Notes under the pieces: model-generated
Told to the model about the DNA's origin: nothing
Database searches by the model: none
Seen by the model: the letters and a program-made list of their open reading frames with translations, nothing else
Shown: positions 39,796-42,182 of the stretch, piece by piece
Numbering within the stretch: the stretch's first letter is position 1
How the letters are laid out: each line of letters starts with the position of its first letter
Virus record (IMG/VR): IMGVR_UViG_3300045988_148823
Span: 1 to 42,182 of that record
From: a virus
Length of the DNA: 42,182 nt
Strand: one strand, 5' to 3'
Made by a program: the position numbers and the translations under genes

Positions 39796-40140
39796 ATGTT
39801 AGAAAACATAAAATTAATATTAAATATTACTGATGATTCACAAGATAACTTAATATTATTGTATTTAGCTAAAGTAGAAACTATGGTTGTAGACTATTGC
39901 AATGTAAATGAGTTGACTGGTGGACTAGAAAGCTTTATAGAAGATAAAGTTGTATCTATTATGAAGCCTTTAGTAACTGGTGGAACTCAAAATACTGGTG
40001 AAATCAAGTCTATAAGCAGAGGGGACACTAAAATAGAATACAACGTTGGAGAAGCAGTTGTAGCTACTACAAATGGTGCTACTTTAACTTCATCTGATAA
40101 AGAATTTTTAAAGCAATATAGAAGGGCTAGGTGCTATTAA
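39796..40140 (+). CDS. Head-tail connector protein (gp6-like)
   Basis: ATG at 39796 follows aggtga. MLENIKLILNITDDSQDNLILLYLAKVETMVVDYCN is typical of gp6-like connector/DNA-packaging proteins. Confidence 0.65.
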   Translation: MLENIKLILNITDDSQDNLILLYLAKVETMVVDYCNVNELTGGLESFIEDKVVSIMKPLVTGGTQNTGEIKSISRGDTKIEYNVGEAVVATTNGATLTSSDKEFLKQYRRARCY

Positions 40141-40487
40141 TGACTGATATTGAAATATTAGAAAGCACTTACTTTGATAGATGCACTATCAAGAGAAAAG
40201 TTAAAGCTAAAAATGAAAATACTGGTGTAACTGAAACTGTAGAAGAAATAATAGCTGAAAATGTTAAATGTGCTTTATCTAAAAAAGATACTCCTGTAAT
40301 GACGTCTGATGGAGTAGGCAAATTAGCTTTTTCACACTTGTTATTTTTAAATCCTAATATTGATTTGCAAGAAGGTGATACAGTAGAAGTTACTGTAATG
40401 GGTAAAATATCTATTTATTTAGCTTCTAAGCCTTTTTATTATTCCTCCCATATGGAAATTTCATTAAGCTATAAAGAGAGGGCTTAA
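40140..40487 (+). CDS. Head closure / head-tail adaptor protein
   Basis: ATG at 40140 overlaps the upstream TAA. 115 aa. Called from position and size only. Confidence 0.5.
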   Translation: MTDIEILESTYFDRCTIKRKVKAKNENTGVTETVEEIIAENVKCALSKKDTPVMTSDGVGKLAFSHLLFLNPNIDLQEGDTVEVTVMGKISIYLASKPFYYSSHMEISLSYKERA

Positions 40488-40488
40488 A

Positions 40489-40848
40489 ATGGAAATTCAA
40501 GGATTAGATGAATTTGCTAAAACTCTAAATAATGCTCAAGACAATTATAAAAAAGAAACAAAAAAACTACTCAATGAAATAGGTATGAAATTAAAAACTA
40601 GAGTGGTCTTAAAAACTCCTGTAGATACGGGAGTATTAAGGCGAAGTTGGAAATATAAGACTATTAATGAGAATGAGGGGATATTGAGCAATGGCGTTCA
40701 TTATGCTCAATATGTTGAGTACGGACACCGAACAAGAGGTGGAAAGTCCTTTATAGATGGAGTTTATATGCTTGAAAAATCAGTAAAAGAAATTGAATCA
40801 GAACTTGATAAAGAATTTTCTATAATGATAGACAATCTTTTTAAGTAG
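40489..40848 (+). CDS. HK97 gp10-like tail component
   Basis: LKTPVDTGVLRRSWKY...VHYAQYVEYG is the gp10-family signature. Confidence 0.7.
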   Translation: MEIQGLDEFAKTLNNAQDNYKKETKKLLNEIGMKLKTRVVLKTPVDTGVLRRSWKYKTINENEGILSNGVHYAQYVEYGHRTRGGKSFIDGVYMLEKSVKEIESELDKEFSIMIDNLFK

Positions 40849-40861
40849 AAAGTAGGTTAAT

Positions 40862-41293
40862 ATGATAACTTACAAAAATATTTTATATTCTACTACTAAA
40901 ATTTTATCTGATAATTTTGATTGTGATGTAATAGTTGAAAATCAAGAGGGGACTTTTGAAAACGAATGTTTTTATGTAACTTTGGTACCAGTTACAAGTA
41001 AAGCTTCTACTTTAAAGACTAACGAAAAGCAATTAATGATTTCAGTAAAATATTTTGGTGGTAGTAAATTAGATAATTATGATATAGCAGATAGATTAGA
41101 AGGTTTATTTGCTAGAAGTTTAAAAGTTAATAATAGAGTTTTAAATATATCTAACGTTGAGCCTAATTTTCTAGTTGATGAAGTAGGCGATATGTTAGAT
41201 TTTTTAATTTATATAACTTATTTTGACTTTATAAAAATTGACAATGAAACTTGTGAAAATATGCAAGATGTAAATTTAAATATGAAGGGGTGA
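40862..41293 (+). CDS. Putative tail terminator / completion protein
   Basis: 143 aa. Last gene before the sheath. Called from position only. Confidence 0.45.
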   Translation: MITYKNILYSTTKILSDNFDCDVIVENQEGTFENECFYVTLVPVTSKASTLKTNEKQLMISVKYFGGSKLDNYDIADRLEGLFARSLKVNNRVLNISNVEPNFLVDEVGDMLDFLIYITYFDFIKIDNETCENMQDVNLNMKG

Positions 41294-41297
41294 TTGA

Positions 41298-42182
41298 ATG
41301 GGATTACCAATAATAGATATATCATTTAAGCAATTAGCTAAATCAGCAGTAATAAGAAGTCAAAGAGGTATAGTCGCTTTAATATTAAAAGATACTACAA
41401 AGGCTTCTTTAACTGTATTTGATGAAGGGGATATACCATCCAGTTTAGCAGAAGCTAATCAAGGATTGATAAAAGATGTATTAAAAGGATCTCCTAATAA
41501 GATAGAATTGTTTGTATTGGGTACTTCGACTAATATATCAGAAGCATTAACATATTTTGAAGGTGTAGAGTTTAATTTAATGTGTATGCCTTCGGCTGAA
41601 ACTTCTGATGTAACTGCTATAAAAACATTTATAAAGAAAATGAATGATGTTGTTAAATATAAATGTGATGCAATAATTGCAAATGACAAAGCAGATAGTG
41701 AAGCTATAATAAACTATACTGCTAAAAATATAGTTGTAGGTGGCGAGTCTGTAACTACTGCTAATCATAGTGCAAGGATAGCTGGACTTATAGAAGGGAC
41801 TCCTCTACATCAGTCTATAACTTTTGCTACTTTATCAGATGTTGATGCTATAGAAAATTTAACTAAAGAACAAGCTGATACTCGTATAGATAATGGGGAG
41901 TTAATCCTAGTAAGAGAAATGGGAAAAGTGAGAGTTGCAAGAGGTGTAAACTCGCTTACTACTTTAACTGATATTAAAGGTAATGCTTTCCAAAAGATAA
42001 AATTAAGAAAAACTTTAAATCTAATACATAACGATTTAAGAAGGGTCATAGTAGAAAAATACATAGGTAAAGTTCCTAATAACTATGATAATAAATGTGT
42101 TCTTATAACTGAAATAAAGAACTATTTAGATGAATTAGCTACAGAACAGTTAATAGAAAAAGTAAATACTGTTGGTATAGAT
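41298..42182 (+). CDS. Tail sheath protein, N-terminal part (open to the window end; continues at base 56 after removing the 55-nt overlap, stop at 218-220)
   Basis: ATG at 41298 follows gaagggg. MGLPIIDISFKQLAKSAVIRSQRGIVALILKD...ARIAGLIEGTPLHQSITFA...GELILVREMGKVRVARGVNS is XkdK-type sheath-like. Not in the track because it has no stop within the window. The joined product is 349 aa. Confidence 0.85.
   Translation, partial: MGLPIIDISFKQLAKSAVIRSQRGIVALILKDTTKASLTVFDEGDIPSSLAEANQGLIKDVLKGSPNKIELFVLGTSTNISEALTYFEGVEFNLMCMPSAETSDVTAIKTFIKKMNDVVKYKCDAIIANDKADSEAIINYTAKNIVVGGESVTTANHSARIAGLIEGTPLHQSITFATLSDVDAIENLTKEQADTRIDNGELILVREMGKVRVARGVNSLTTLTDIKGNAFQKIKLRKTLNLIHNDLRRVIVEKYIGKVPNNYDNKCVLITEIKNYLDELATEQLIEKVNTVGID

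Noticed and set aside
1-42182. Search for an integrase, excisionase, CI-type S24 repressor, ParA/ParM, toxin genes, CRISPR arrays or reverse transcriptase
   Set aside because: None of the translated ORFs, including hand-translated ones below 60 aa, shows the corresponding motifs by eye. Absence cannot be proven without profile searches.

Overview
All calls were made by eye from the sequence and the ORF track. Nothing was searched, and family names are recalled from memory.

The window appears to be a complete, self-closing phage genome of about 42.1 kb. Bases 1-55 repeat exactly at 42128-42182, and the tail-sheath gene reads straight through that junction. The genome is strongly AT-rich and encodes a contractile tail of the PBSX/Xkd type. 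The host is most likely a Clostridium-like spore-forming Firmicute.

Almost every gene is on the + strand. In order:
- tail tube, chaperone with a -1 frameshift, tape measure, baseplate and fibres (1-11134)
- holin and amidase (11214-12172)
- a non-coding island with three hairpin terminators (12173-12811)
- the only leftward genes, eight micro-ORFs including an AbrB-like protein (12812-14640)
- a plasmid-style origin with 3 tandem DnaA boxes, 4 iterons and an AT tract (14718-15000), followed by two winged-helix-like genes
- a long early region with many small HTH and zinc-ribbon proteins, tiny hydrophobic peptides, a soluble FtsK/SpoIIIE-like ATPase and a membrane-anchored GIY-YIG nuclease
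- a Rad52-like annealase and an ERCC4-like nuclease
- a replisome-organizer gene with an internal palindrome array, a primase-helicase and SSB
- a DUF1599-like, divergent ThyX-like and MazG-like set
- a dif/cer-like site in a 300-bp non-coding stretch
- a RinA/ArpU-like late activator
- small terminase, then a large terminase split by a group I intron that carries a GIY-YIG homing endonuclease
- portal, head-morphogenesis protein, a 346-bp non-coding gap with a second palindrome array, scaffold, capsid with a possible +1 frameshift extension, connectors and sheath

I recognised no integrase or other recombinase, no CI-type repressor with a peptidase domain, no ParA/ParM, no tRNA and no CRISPR array.

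The leading hypothesis is an integrase-less phage-plasmid. It would carry separate plasmid-type and lytic-type origins and use a host-Xer site for multimer resolution or integration. The FtsK-like ATPase plus membrane GIY-YIG nuclease pair has no described function that I know of.
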